Below are positions 51,283 to 59,400 of a stretch of DNA of 64,000 bases, in pieces. The position numbers and the translations under genes are program-made. The stretch comes from Vulcanimicrobiota bacterium (GTDB lineage Bacteria > Vulcanimicrobiota > Vulcanimicrobiia > Vulcanimicrobiales > Vulcanimicrobiaceae): the NCBI GenBank assembly GCA_963733295.1, contig CAVTCS010000003.1, forward strand, positions 2,176,001-2,240,000, in the 5' to 3' direction. The notes under the pieces are model-generated. The model had not been told where the DNA came from. It worked only from the letters and a program-made list of their open reading frames with translations, and searched no databases. Numbering within the stretch: the stretch's first letter is position 1; each line of letters begins with the position of its first letter.

Positions 51283-52728
51283 TTGGCTGACAAGCAAGTC
51301 GACGCCATCGTCATTGGTGCGGGCCCCGGCGGCTACCACGCCGCCATCCGCCTGGGACAACTGGGCAAGAGCGTCGTTTGCTTCGATCGCGACGAGGTCG
51401 GCGGAGTCTGCCTGAATTGGGGTTGCATCCCGACCAAAGCGCTGCTTCACGTCGGCGAAGTCGCGCGCCATATTCGCGAGGCCGGCAAACTCGGCCTGAC
51501 CGTCGCCGCACCCGAAATCGATCGTGCCGGAGTCGCCAAGTTTGCCGTCGACGTCGTCGGCTCGAACGTCAAGGGCGTCGAGACGCTCTTCAAAGCGAAC
51601 AACGTCCAATTTGCGTACGGCGAAGCTTCGTTCGTGTCACCGAAAGTCGTCAGCCTCAAAAAGCGCGACGGCGGCAGCGAGACGTGGGAGGCGAAGGACG
51701 CGGTCGTGATCGCGACCGGCAGCGCGCCGATCGACGTCAAGGCCTGGCCGCGCGACGGCGAGACGATCATCAACTCGGACGATGCGGTGCGGCTCAACAA
51801 GATTCCCAAATCGCTGCTCGTGATCGGCGGGGGAGTCATCGGCCTCGAGTTCGCGACCGTGTACACGCGTCTCGGCGCGAAGGTGCTGGTGGTCGAGATG
51901 CTGCCGCAAATTCTCACCGGAACTGACCTCGAGATTTCCAAGACGATGGGCCGCATCCTCAAGAAGCAAGGCGTCGAGATCGCGCTCTCGACCAAAGTTA
52001 CCTCGCTCGAGAAAACTGCAAGCGGCGTGAAAGCCGTCATTTCCGGCGAGTACACGAGCGGCAAAGACGAAACGCGCGAGTTCGAGATGGCGCTCGTCGC
52101 CGTCGGGCGCCGCCCGGTCACCGACGTTCTCAACCTCTCCGCAGCCGGTCTCGCCACCGACGAACGCGGCTTCCTAACGGTCGACGCGCAGCGCCGCACG
52201 AAGGTCCCGGGCGTCTTCGCAATCGGCGACGTCACCGGCGCACCCCTGCTCGCGCACAAAGCGATGAAGGAAGGCGTCGTCGCCGCGGAAGTCATCGCCG
52301 GCGATATCTCCTCGGCCTACGATCCGGTCGCCGTTCCCAACTGCGTTTATACCGACCCCGAGGTCGCCACCGTCGGTCTCTCCGAAGAGGAGGCGAAGGC
52401 CGCCGGTCACGAGGTGCGCATCGGCAAGTTTCCGCTGATCGCCAGCGGTCGCGCGCGCACGATGAACGAGTCCGACGGCGTGATCAAGCTGGTCGGCGAC
52501 GCCAAGAGCGATCTGTTGCTCGGCATGCACATCGTTGCGCCGCAAGCCGAGTCGCTGATCGGCGAAGGCGTCATCGCTCTCGAGATGGGCGCAACGCTCG
52601 AGGACATCGGGCTCTCGATTCACCCGCATCCGACCTTGACCGAATCGATCATGGACGCGGCCGAAGCCGCACACGGCAAAGCGATCCACATCGTCAACCC
52701 CAAGCCCAAGACTCCGGTCGGGGTGTAG
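51283..52728 (+). CDS. lpdA: Dihydrolipoamide dehydrogenase
   Basis: GAGPGGY, GGVCLNWGCIPTK, GGGVIGLE, LAHKA and HPHPTLTE; AAGGAG SD with TTG start. Confidence 0.95.
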   Translation: MADKQVDAIVIGAGPGGYHAAIRLGQLGKSVVCFDRDEVGGVCLNWGCIPTKALLHVGEVARHIREAGKLGLTVAAPEIDRAGVAKFAVDVVGSNVKGVETLFKANNVQFAYGEASFVSPKVVSLKKRDGGSETWEAKDAVVIATGSAPIDVKAWPRDGETIINSDDAVRLNKIPKSLLVIGGGVIGLEFATVYTRLGAKVLVVEMLPQILTGTDLEISKTMGRILKKQGVEIALSTKVTSLEKTASGVKAVISGEYTSGKDETREFEMALVAVGRRPVTDVLNLSAAGLATDERGFLTVDAQRRTKVPGVFAIGDVTGAPLLAHKAMKEGVVAAEVIAGDISSAYDPVAVPNCVYTDPEVATVGLSEEEAKAAGHEVRIGKFPLIASGRARTMNESDGVIKLVGDAKSDLLLGMHIVAPQAESLIGEGVIALEMGATLEDIGLSIHPHPTLTESIMDAAEAAHGKAIHIVNPKPKTPVGV

Positions 52729-52735
52729 GCGCCTT

Positions 52736-53389
52736 TTGGCACGCGTGCTCGATTTTGGCCGCTGCGCGTATCGCGAAGCGCTCGAGCGTCAGCGCGAAAT
52801 TCACGCGGCGGTGTCGCGCGGCGAGCAGCCCGATACCTGGATCGTCGTCGAACACGAACCCGTGGTGACGCTGGGGCGGAACTCCAAACGCGGAAATCTG
52901 CTCCTCTCGGCGTCGTCGCTGCGAACCCGAGGCGTGGATTGCGTGGAGGTCGAGCGCGGCGGGGACGCTACCTATCACGGACCGGGGCAGCTCGTCGTCT
53001 ATCCCATTTTGAAGTTGCCCCGCTTTCGCGAGATCGTGGGGCTCGTTTCGAAACTCGAACGCGGCACGATCGCGACGCTAGGCGCCTTCGGGATCGAGGC
53101 GCACGGGCGCGCAGAACATCGCGGCGTCTATGTGGGCGAGCGCGCGATCGGAGCGGTTGGGATCGCGGTGCGTCAGATGACCTCGCTGCACGGGCTTTCG
53201 CTCAACGTTTCCGTTCCGCTCGACTACGATGCCTTGATCGTGCCGTGCGGGACGCCGCAGTTTGGGATTACCTCGATGGAGCGCGAGCTGGGGCGCGAGC
53301 TTTCGCTCGATGAGGTGCGCCCGATCTTGCTGCAGGAGCTGGCCGCGGCGTTCGGCGTGCGTTTGCAAAGCGAGGCCGTCGCGTGCTGA
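52736..53389 (+). CDS. lipB: Lipoyl(octanoyl) transferase
   Basis: EHEPVVTLG, RGGDATYHGPGQLVVYP, HGLSLN and IVPCG. Confidence 0.93.
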   Translation: MARVLDFGRCAYREALERQREIHAAVSRGEQPDTWIVVEHEPVVTLGRNSKRGNLLLSASSLRTRGVDCVEVERGGDATYHGPGQLVVYPILKLPRFREIVGLVSKLERGTIATLGAFGIEAHGRAEHRGVYVGERAIGAVGIAVRQMTSLHGLSLNVSVPLDYDALIVPCGTPQFGITSMERELGRELSLDEVRPILLQELAAAFGVRLQSEAVAC

Positions 53390-53628
53390 GCGGGACGACG
53401 CCGATGCGGCGGCTGATGCTCGTGAGACGCGGCTTGATCGCGGCGACGCCCTTCGCGATCATCGGAGCGCTCTACATCGCGGGAAAGAATCAGCTCCTGG
53501 GATTGCTCGTCGTGGTGGCATTCTTCGCGATCGCGATGCGCTTCGCGCGCATTCAAGAGAAAGTCGAGGCTCAGGCGACAGCGCCGGCCGATTCGCATAC
53601 GGGAGCGGGCGAACGTGAATCGGCCTGA
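53383..53628 (+). CDS. Small membrane protein with two TM helices
   Basis: Two hydrophobic segments; overlaps both lipB and lipA; alternative ATG 53404. Confidence 0.55.
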   Translation: MLSGTTPMRRLMLVRRGLIAATPFAIIGALYIAGKNQLLGLLVVVAFFAIAMRFARIQEKVEAQATAPADSHTGAGERESA

Positions 53629-54493
53629 AGTCGCAAAACCGCGCGTTCCGAAGCCCGACTGGCTCCGGGTGCGTTTGGCCCACGGTGAGAATTACGAGCT
53701 GCTCAAGGCGAAGGTCAAGAAGCTCGACCTGCACACCGTCTGTCAGGAAGCGATGTGCCCGAACATCGGCGAGTGCTGGGGCGCGGGAACCGCTACGATC
53801 ATGATCTTAGGCGACACCTGTACGCGCGGGTGCCACTTCTGCAACGTGAAGACGGGGAGTCCGCGCGGAGAGGTCGACTGGCTCGAACCCAAACGCGTAG
53901 CCGAAGCGGTGCGCGACTTGGGTTGGAAGTATCTCGTGCTGACTGCCGTCGACCGCGACGATCTCGCCGACGGCGGCGCCGCCATTTTCGCGGCGACCGT
54001 GCGCACGATCCACAAGCTCGTGCCGGATGCCAAGGTCGAGTGCTTGACCGGTGACTTCGCCGGCGACCTGAGCGCCCTCGACGTCGTGCTCGAAGCGGAA
54101 CCCGAAGTGCTCGCTCACAATCTCGAAACGGTACCGCGCTTGCAGGCGAGCGTGCGCGACAAACGCGCGAACTTCGAGCAGTCCCTCTCGATCCTGCGGC
54201 ACGCCGGCCGGAGCGGTAAGGTGCGCTATTCCAAGACGTCCTTGATGCTCGGCCTCGGCGAGACGGAACCCGAGATCGAAGCGACGATGGACGCGGCGCG
54301 GGCGGCCGGGGTCGACATCTTTACGATGGGCCAATACCTTCAGCCGACCAAACGGCACCTCGATGTCGTCGAGTTCGTGACGCCCGCGAGATTCGCGCGC
54401 CTGCGCGAGTTAGGACTCTCGAAGGGTTTCCGGCAAGTCGTTTCGAGCCCGCTTTCGCGCAGCTCGTACCACGCCGAGCAGGCATTCCATTAG
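53615..54493 (+). CDS. lipA: Lipoyl synthase
   Basis: KPDWL, CQEAMCPNIGEC, CTRGCHFC and RSSYHA. Confidence 0.96.
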   Translation: MNRPEVAKPRVPKPDWLRVRLAHGENYELLKAKVKKLDLHTVCQEAMCPNIGECWGAGTATIMILGDTCTRGCHFCNVKTGSPRGEVDWLEPKRVAEAVRDLGWKYLVLTAVDRDDLADGGAAIFAATVRTIHKLVPDAKVECLTGDFAGDLSALDVVLEAEPEVLAHNLETVPRLQASVRDKRANFEQSLSILRHAGRSGKVRYSKTSLMLGLGETEPEIEATMDAARAAGVDIFTMGQYLQPTKRHLDVVEFVTPARFARLRELGLSKGFRQVVSSPLSRSSYHAEQAFH

Positions 54494-54513
54494 CGCACCA
54501 GCGCGGTGAGCCG

Positions 54514-55017
54514 CTACGCGCGCGCGACGAAGATCAGCGCGACGCCGTTCATGCAGTAGCGCAGCCCCGTCGGTTTCGGGCCGTCGTCGAAGACGTGGCC
54601 GAGATGTCCGCCGCAACGGTGGCAGTGCACTTCGTTGCGCACATCGAAGGTCGACTTGTCGACCGAAGTTGCAACCGCGTCCGGAAGCGGGCGGAAAAAA
54701 CTCGGCCAGCCGGTGCCGCTGTCGTACTTCGTGCTCGAATCGAAAAGCGTCAAGCGGCAGCCCGCGCACGAGTACGTGCCTGGGCGCGTCTCCTTGTCGA
54801 GCGGACTCGAAAACGCCAGCTCGGTCGCGCTCTCACGCAGCACCGCGTACTGCTCGGGCGACAGGATCTTCCGCCATTCCGCGTCGCTATGCGTGACTTC
54901 GTAGCTCGCGGCCCGGGCGAACGTGCCGCCCGAGCAGAACGCCGCGCCGAAGGCAGCGATCGCGCCGAGAGCGGCGCGACGCGACGGCTGGGTTAGGAAA
55001 TCAGATCGTTCGGACAT
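54514..55017 (-). CDS. msrB: Peptide-methionine (R)-S-oxide reductase with a Tat-like signal
   Basis: KYDSGTGWPSF, GHLGHVFDDGP and RYCMN; N-terminal SRRAAL. TATGAT lies 6 nt before the ATG, so the mRNA may be leaderless. Confidence 0.94.
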   Translation of the reverse strand: MSERSDFLTQPSRRAALGAIAAFGAAFCSGGTFARAASYEVTHSDAEWRKILSPEQYAVLRESATELAFSSPLDKETRPGTYSCAGCRLTLFDSSTKYDSGTGWPSFFRPLPDAVATSVDKSTFDVRNEVHCHRCGGHLGHVFDDGPKPTGLRYCMNGVALIFVARA

Positions 55018-55078
55018 GACACTATCATAACGCGCGGGCGGCGCAATTCGATGTGGTTTTCCTTACGCCGGCAGCCCC

Positions 55079-55837
55079 TCAACTCTTGAGGATGAGCACG
55101 GAAGCCGCGAGTACCATCAGGCCCGCGAAGCAGAGCCGCAGCCTTCGCTCGGGAAGGCGGACCGCTAACTTTACCCCGTAGGGGACCGTCAGAATGCCCC
55201 CGGCGGCGAGCGCGAAGCCGACGGGCCAGTCGACGTCCCCGGCCCGGGCGTAGGCAGCCAAGCCCGCGAGCGTTCCCGGCGCAACCAGCGCGAGCGCGAA
55301 GCCCTGCGAGACGGACTGCGAGAAGCCGAAGAGCAGCGACATCAACGGCACGGCGAAAATCGCGCCGCCGACGCTAAACATTCCCGAGAGAAATCCGCCG
55401 AACGCACCCACGAGCGCAGCGAAAGGCCAGGGCAGCAGCGGCGTGCTGCCGGTTTTGCGCGCATGCGCGAAGGCGCGGAACAGCATCGCGGCGGCGATGC
55501 AAAGCGTGAAGAGCGCGAAGGCGATGCGCAGCGGCGAACTCGGAACGTTCGTCGCGAGGTGCGCGCCGACCAGCGTCAACGGCAAGGCGGCGCCGGCGAG
55601 CGTCAGACTGAAGCGCGGATCCATTCGCGCGTGCCTAGCGTAATTCCAGAGGCCGAGGAAGACGTTCGGCACGACCATGACGAGCGACGTACCTTGCGCG
55701 TGCTGTTCGTCCAGGTTCAAGAGAACCGCCAGCAGAGGGATTGCAAATAGGCCGCCGCCGATGCCGAGAAGGCCTCCCAGAAAGCCGAAAAAAGCGCCCA
55801 ACGCAAACAGTCCGAGGAGGTCGGGGAAGGGCATCAC
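55079..55837 (-). CDS. TauE/SafE (TSUP) family transporter
   Basis: GGLLGIGGG...AQGTSL and a second-half repeat SGMFSVGG. Confidence 0.88.
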   Translation of the reverse strand: MMPFPDLLGLFALGAFFGFLGGLLGIGGGLFAIPLLAVLLNLDEQHAQGTSLVMVVPNVFLGLWNYARHARMDPRFSLTLAGAALPLTLVGAHLATNVPSSPLRIAFALFTLCIAAAMLFRAFAHARKTGSTPLLPWPFAALVGAFGGFLSGMFSVGGAIFAVPLMSLLFGFSQSVSQGFALALVAPGTLAGLAAYARAGDVDWPVGFALAAGGILTVPYGVKLAVRLPERRLRLCFAGLMVLAASVLILKS

Positions 55838-55859
55838 GCGGTTGCCTTGGTTCCCTGTG

Positions 55860-55887
55860 AGGACCGTTACTTCCGCGAAACGGTCCT
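55860..55887. promoter_or_regulatory. Palindromic operator candidate between the TSUP and HxlR genes
   Basis: AGGACCGTTAC-N6-GAAACGGTCCT: 11-bp arms with one mismatch. Confidence 0.5.
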
Positions 55888-55958
55888 AAGAGCAGCCGGG
55901 CAAGCGTCCGAAGCCGTAGTATATGGTGAGCCCTGCCTATTCATTCCGGCCAGACCGC

Positions 55959-56282
55959 ATGGAGCGTCCATTGAGTCTCATGCCCGCGGTGGAACTTCTT
56001 TTGCGGCGGTCGACGGCTTCGCTCGTCCTCGAGCTGGCCCAAGGCCCGCAACGCTTGACCGAACTTCAGGAGAAGCACCCCCAGCTACCCGAGCACCTCT
56101 TGAGCGAAGTGCTACGCGAGCTTTCAGCCGACGGCGTCGTCGAACGGCGCGTCGATCCAGGACCGCCCTTTCGCGTCGTTTACGAACTCACCGCGGCCGG
56201 CCGCGAACTCGCTCCGACCCTCGCCAAATTGGCAGCCTGGGCCGAACGCTGGCTCGACACCGACCTGCGTTCGATCGGCTAG
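55959..56282 (+). CDS. HxlR family winged-helix regulator
   Basis: GPQRLTELQ, LRELSADGVVER and PFRVVYELTAAGREL. Start may be 55923, 55959 or 55980. Confidence 0.8.
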   Translation: MERPLSLMPAVELLLRRSTASLVLELAQGPQRLTELQEKHPQLPEHLLSEVLRELSADGVVERRVDPGPPFRVVYELTAAGRELAPTLAKLAAWAERWLDTDLRSIG

Positions 56283-56287
56283 GCGAC

Positions 56288-57547
56288 TTAGGCGTAGACT
56301 CCGCGCACGCGCATCGACTGAACGACTCGGTTGATCGCGAGCATGTAGGCTGCGGTGCGCAGCGTTACACCGCGCATCTGCGCTAGTTCCGAAACGCGAG
56401 CGAAGTTTTCGTTCAAAACGTCGGCGAGGCGTTCGTTGACTTCGGACTCTTTCCAGAAGTAGCCCGAACGGTCTTGAGCCCACTCGAAGTACGAGACGGT
56501 CACGCCTCCGGCGTTGGCCAGGATATCCGGGATGACGACGATGCCGCGCCGGTTGAAGATCTCGTCGGCCTCGGGCGTCGTCGGCCCGTTGGCGCCTTCG
56601 ACGATGAGCTTGGCCTGAACGTTCGGAGCGTTGCGCACCGTCAGCTGTTTCTCGAGCGCAGCCGGCACGAGAACGTCGCAGGGCAACTCTAGGACCGCAT
56701 CGTTGGTGATGCGATCGCCGCCGCGATACCCGTCGAGCGAGTGGTGCTCTTGAGCGTACGCGATCGCACCGGGCACGTCGAGGCCTGCCGAGTTGTGGTA
56801 TCCGCCGGTCACGTCCGAGATCGCGACGACGGTGCAGCCCGCCTCCGCGAAGAGTTTTGCCGCGATCGAGCCGACGTTGCCGAAACCCTGAATCGCAACC
56901 CGGGCGCCACGCACCGGAATGCCCATTTGCTCCATCTGCGCCAACGCGATGAGCGACACTCCGCGACCGGTCGCTTCGACGCGTCCGCGCGAACCGCCGA
57001 TCTCGAGCGGCTTACCGGTCACGACGCCGGGGATGTGTTCGCGCCGGTGCATCGAGTAGGTATCCATGAACCAAGCCATGATCTGCGGGGTCGTGCCGAC
57101 GTCGGGCGCGGGAACGTCCTTGTCGGGCCCGACGACTTCGACCAGCTCCGCCGCGTAGCGGCGCGTAATCCGTTCCAGCTCCCCTTGCGAAAGCGTCGAG
57201 GGGTCGCAGGTGACGCCACCTTTTCCGCCGCCGAAGGGAAGATCGACGACCGCGCACTTCCAGGTCATCCAAAATGCCAGCGCCGTCACTTCATCGAGCG
57301 TGACGCCGGGATGATAACGGATGCCGCCCTTGGCCGGCCCTCGCGCGAAGTTGTACTGGACGCGATAGCCGGTAAAGACCTCGAGCTCGCCGTTGTCCCG
57401 CTGAAACGGGATCGAAAAAATGATCTGCCGCGAGGGCTTGGTCAGGAGGCGCCGCATCCGGCTGTCGAGATCCAAGTACGAGGCCGCCTCGTTGAAGTAG
57501 GCGATGGCATCGCCAAAAACCGAGACTTCGCGCACGGCGGTCAACAT
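56288..57547 (-). CDS. Glu/Leu/Phe/Val dehydrogenase (probable glutamate dehydrogenase)
   Basis: GPAKGGIRY, GGGKGG, PAPDVGT, QGFGNVG, EGANGP and ANAGGVTVSYFEW; ATG 57547. Confidence 0.93.
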   Translation of the reverse strand: MLTAVREVSVFGDAIAYFNEAASYLDLDSRMRRLLTKPSRQIIFSIPFQRDNGELEVFTGYRVQYNFARGPAKGGIRYHPGVTLDEVTALAFWMTWKCAVVDLPFGGGKGGVTCDPSTLSQGELERITRRYAAELVEVVGPDKDVPAPDVGTTPQIMAWFMDTYSMHRREHIPGVVTGKPLEIGGSRGRVEATGRGVSLIALAQMEQMGIPVRGARVAIQGFGNVGSIAAKLFAEAGCTVVAISDVTGGYHNSAGLDVPGAIAYAQEHHSLDGYRGGDRITNDAVLELPCDVLVPAALEKQLTVRNAPNVQAKLIVEGANGPTTPEADEIFNRRGIVVIPDILANAGGVTVSYFEWAQDRSGYFWKESEVNERLADVLNENFARVSELAQMRGVTLRTAAYMLAINRVVQSMRVRGVYA

Positions 57548-57684
57548 ATCGCTCAAGTTCTCCCGTCCAATTCCCTCGGAACTGACCCGCAATTTTAGGG
57601 CCGAGAAACTTTTTTCCCTACATTTGGCCAATCACACCGGGTCTACGCTCGACAAACGGTAAAACGCGCCGCGGCAGTTCGCCG

Positions 57685-58779
57685 TCACACGTTGAAGCGG
57701 AAATCGACGACATCGCCCTCCCGCATGATGTATTCTTTACCCTCGCTGCGGAGCAAGCCCGCCGCACGGACGGCCTCCTTCGAGCCCAGCCGAGCGTAGT
57801 CGCCGTACGATATGATCTCGGCGCGAATGAACCCCCGCTCGATGTCCGAGTGGATTTTTCCGGCGGCCTGGGGTGCCTTGGTACCCCGATCGATCGTCCA
57901 GGCCCGAACTTCTTTTTCTCCGGCGGTGAGAAACGTCATCAAGCCGAGCAGGTCGTAGGCTCCCAGGATCAGCCGATCCAAACCGCTTTGCTCGATCCCA
58001 AGCTCGCGGCGGAATGCCTCCGCCTCGCTTTCGGTCAGGCCTGCGAGTTCGGCTTCGATCTTGCCGCTCAGGGCAATCGCCCGGCTTCCCTCGCGCTCGG
58101 CCAAGTCGAAGACGCTGCGTGCCAGCGGCCCGGGCTTCCCGATCTGTGCCTCATCGACGTTCGCCACGTAGAGCACGGGCTTGGCGCTTAACAGGAAGCT
58201 CTCGGCGGCGAGCTGCGCCTCGAGCGAGTCCTTCGGGAACGAACGCGCCGGCTTTCCTTCCTCCAAGGCCGCCTCGAGCCGCCGTGCCGCTTCGAAGAGC
58301 GGCACGGTTTTCGGGGTCACGCGCGCTTCGCGTTCGAGCTTTTCTCGCCGCTTGGAAAGCGTTACGAGGTCGGCCAAAGCCATCTCGATATTGACGATCT
58401 CGACGTCGCGCAGGGGATCGGCCTCGCCTTCGACGTGGATCACATCTGGATCGACGAAGCAGCGCAGGACCATCGCGATCGCATCGGTCTCACGAATGTG
58501 ACTCAGAAACGCGTTGCCGAGTCCTGCTCCGGAACTGGCCCCGCGCACGAGTCCTGCGATATCGACGAAGCGAACGCTCGCGTTGACGATCTTTTGCGAG
58601 TGCTCGATCACGGCCAGTACCTGAAGGCGCTCGTCGGGAACGGGCACTTCGCCGACGTTCGGCTCGATCGTCGCGAAAGGGTAGTTGGCAGCGAGGGCTT
58701 GCGCCGAGCGCGTCAGGGCATTAAAAATGGTCGATTTACCGACGTTCGGTAGACCGACGATACCGCAGGAAAGTGCCAT
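57685..58779 (-). CDS. ychF: Redox-regulated ATPase YchF
   Basis: GIVGLPNVGKST, ANYPFATIEPN, DIAGLV and EGKEYIMREGDV..FRFNV. Confidence 0.96.
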   Translation of the reverse strand: MALSCGIVGLPNVGKSTIFNALTRSAQALAANYPFATIEPNVGEVPVPDERLQVLAVIEHSQKIVNASVRFVDIAGLVRGASSGAGLGNAFLSHIRETDAIAMVLRCFVDPDVIHVEGEADPLRDVEIVNIEMALADLVTLSKRREKLEREARVTPKTVPLFEAARRLEAALEEGKPARSFPKDSLEAQLAAESFLLSAKPVLYVANVDEAQIGKPGPLARSVFDLAEREGSRAIALSGKIEAELAGLTESEAEAFRRELGIEQSGLDRLILGAYDLLGLMTFLTAGEKEVRAWTIDRGTKAPQAAGKIHSDIERGFIRAEIISYGDYARLGSKEAVRAAGLLRSEGKEYIMREGDVVDFRFNV

Positions 58780-58850
58780 TGTGTTGAAAAGCCGACCCGT
58801 CCCGTTCGTGTCGTGCAAGGATTCGTCCTGGACACGTCGGATTTTCGAAC

Positions 58851-59324
58851 ATGCGCCAGATGAAGGTCGACAAGCTCGGCATCGACTTGCTGACCCACGA
58901 CCCCGTAGTGATCCTCAAGGATCTCGAGGGCAAGCGATACCTGCCGATCTTGATCGGTCCTTTCGAGGCAACGGCGATCGCTCTCGCCCTCGAAGGGACG
59001 CAAGTGCCGAGACCGCTCTCCCACGACCTCATGCGCACGATGCTCGAATCGCTGCACGCGTCGCTCGAGCAAATCGTCATCCACGACATCAAGGACTCGA
59101 CCTTTTTCGCCAAGCTGGTCGTGCGCCAAAACGGCGACACGCGCGAAATCGACGCACGGCCGTCCGACTGCATCGCCTTAGCGCTGCGCATGCAAGCCCC
59201 GATCTTCGTCTCGGATAAGATCGTGCTCGAGGAAACGGTCGCCGACAAGAAGGCCGAAGCCGAAGAGTCGCAACGCTTCAAGAAGTTTATCGAAGAGCTG
59301 AAGCCCAGCGACTTTCGGGAATAG
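58851..59324 (+). CDS. Bifunctional nuclease family protein (DUF151)
   Basis: LPILIGPFEA, RPLSHDL and IDARPSDCIALALR. Confidence 0.9.
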   Translation: MRQMKVDKLGIDLLTHDPVVILKDLEGKRYLPILIGPFEATAIALALEGTQVPRPLSHDLMRTMLESLHASLEQIVIHDIKDSTFFAKLVVRQNGDTREIDARPSDCIALALRMQAPIFVSDKIVLEETVADKKAEAEESQRFKKFIEELKPSDFRE

Positions 59325-59400
59325 AGCTTATTGCAATGGACCGGCGATCGGCTGAGGGTCGCGCGCATGTAGCTTCCGGGCGCATGTAGCGGCGCGTCTC

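Noticed and set aside
45475..55017. Oxidative-damage island (VIT1, nth, YuiH-like, mutY, msrB)
   Set aside because: Mixed strands, unrelated genes in between and no shared motif found; likely ordinary core-genome proximity.
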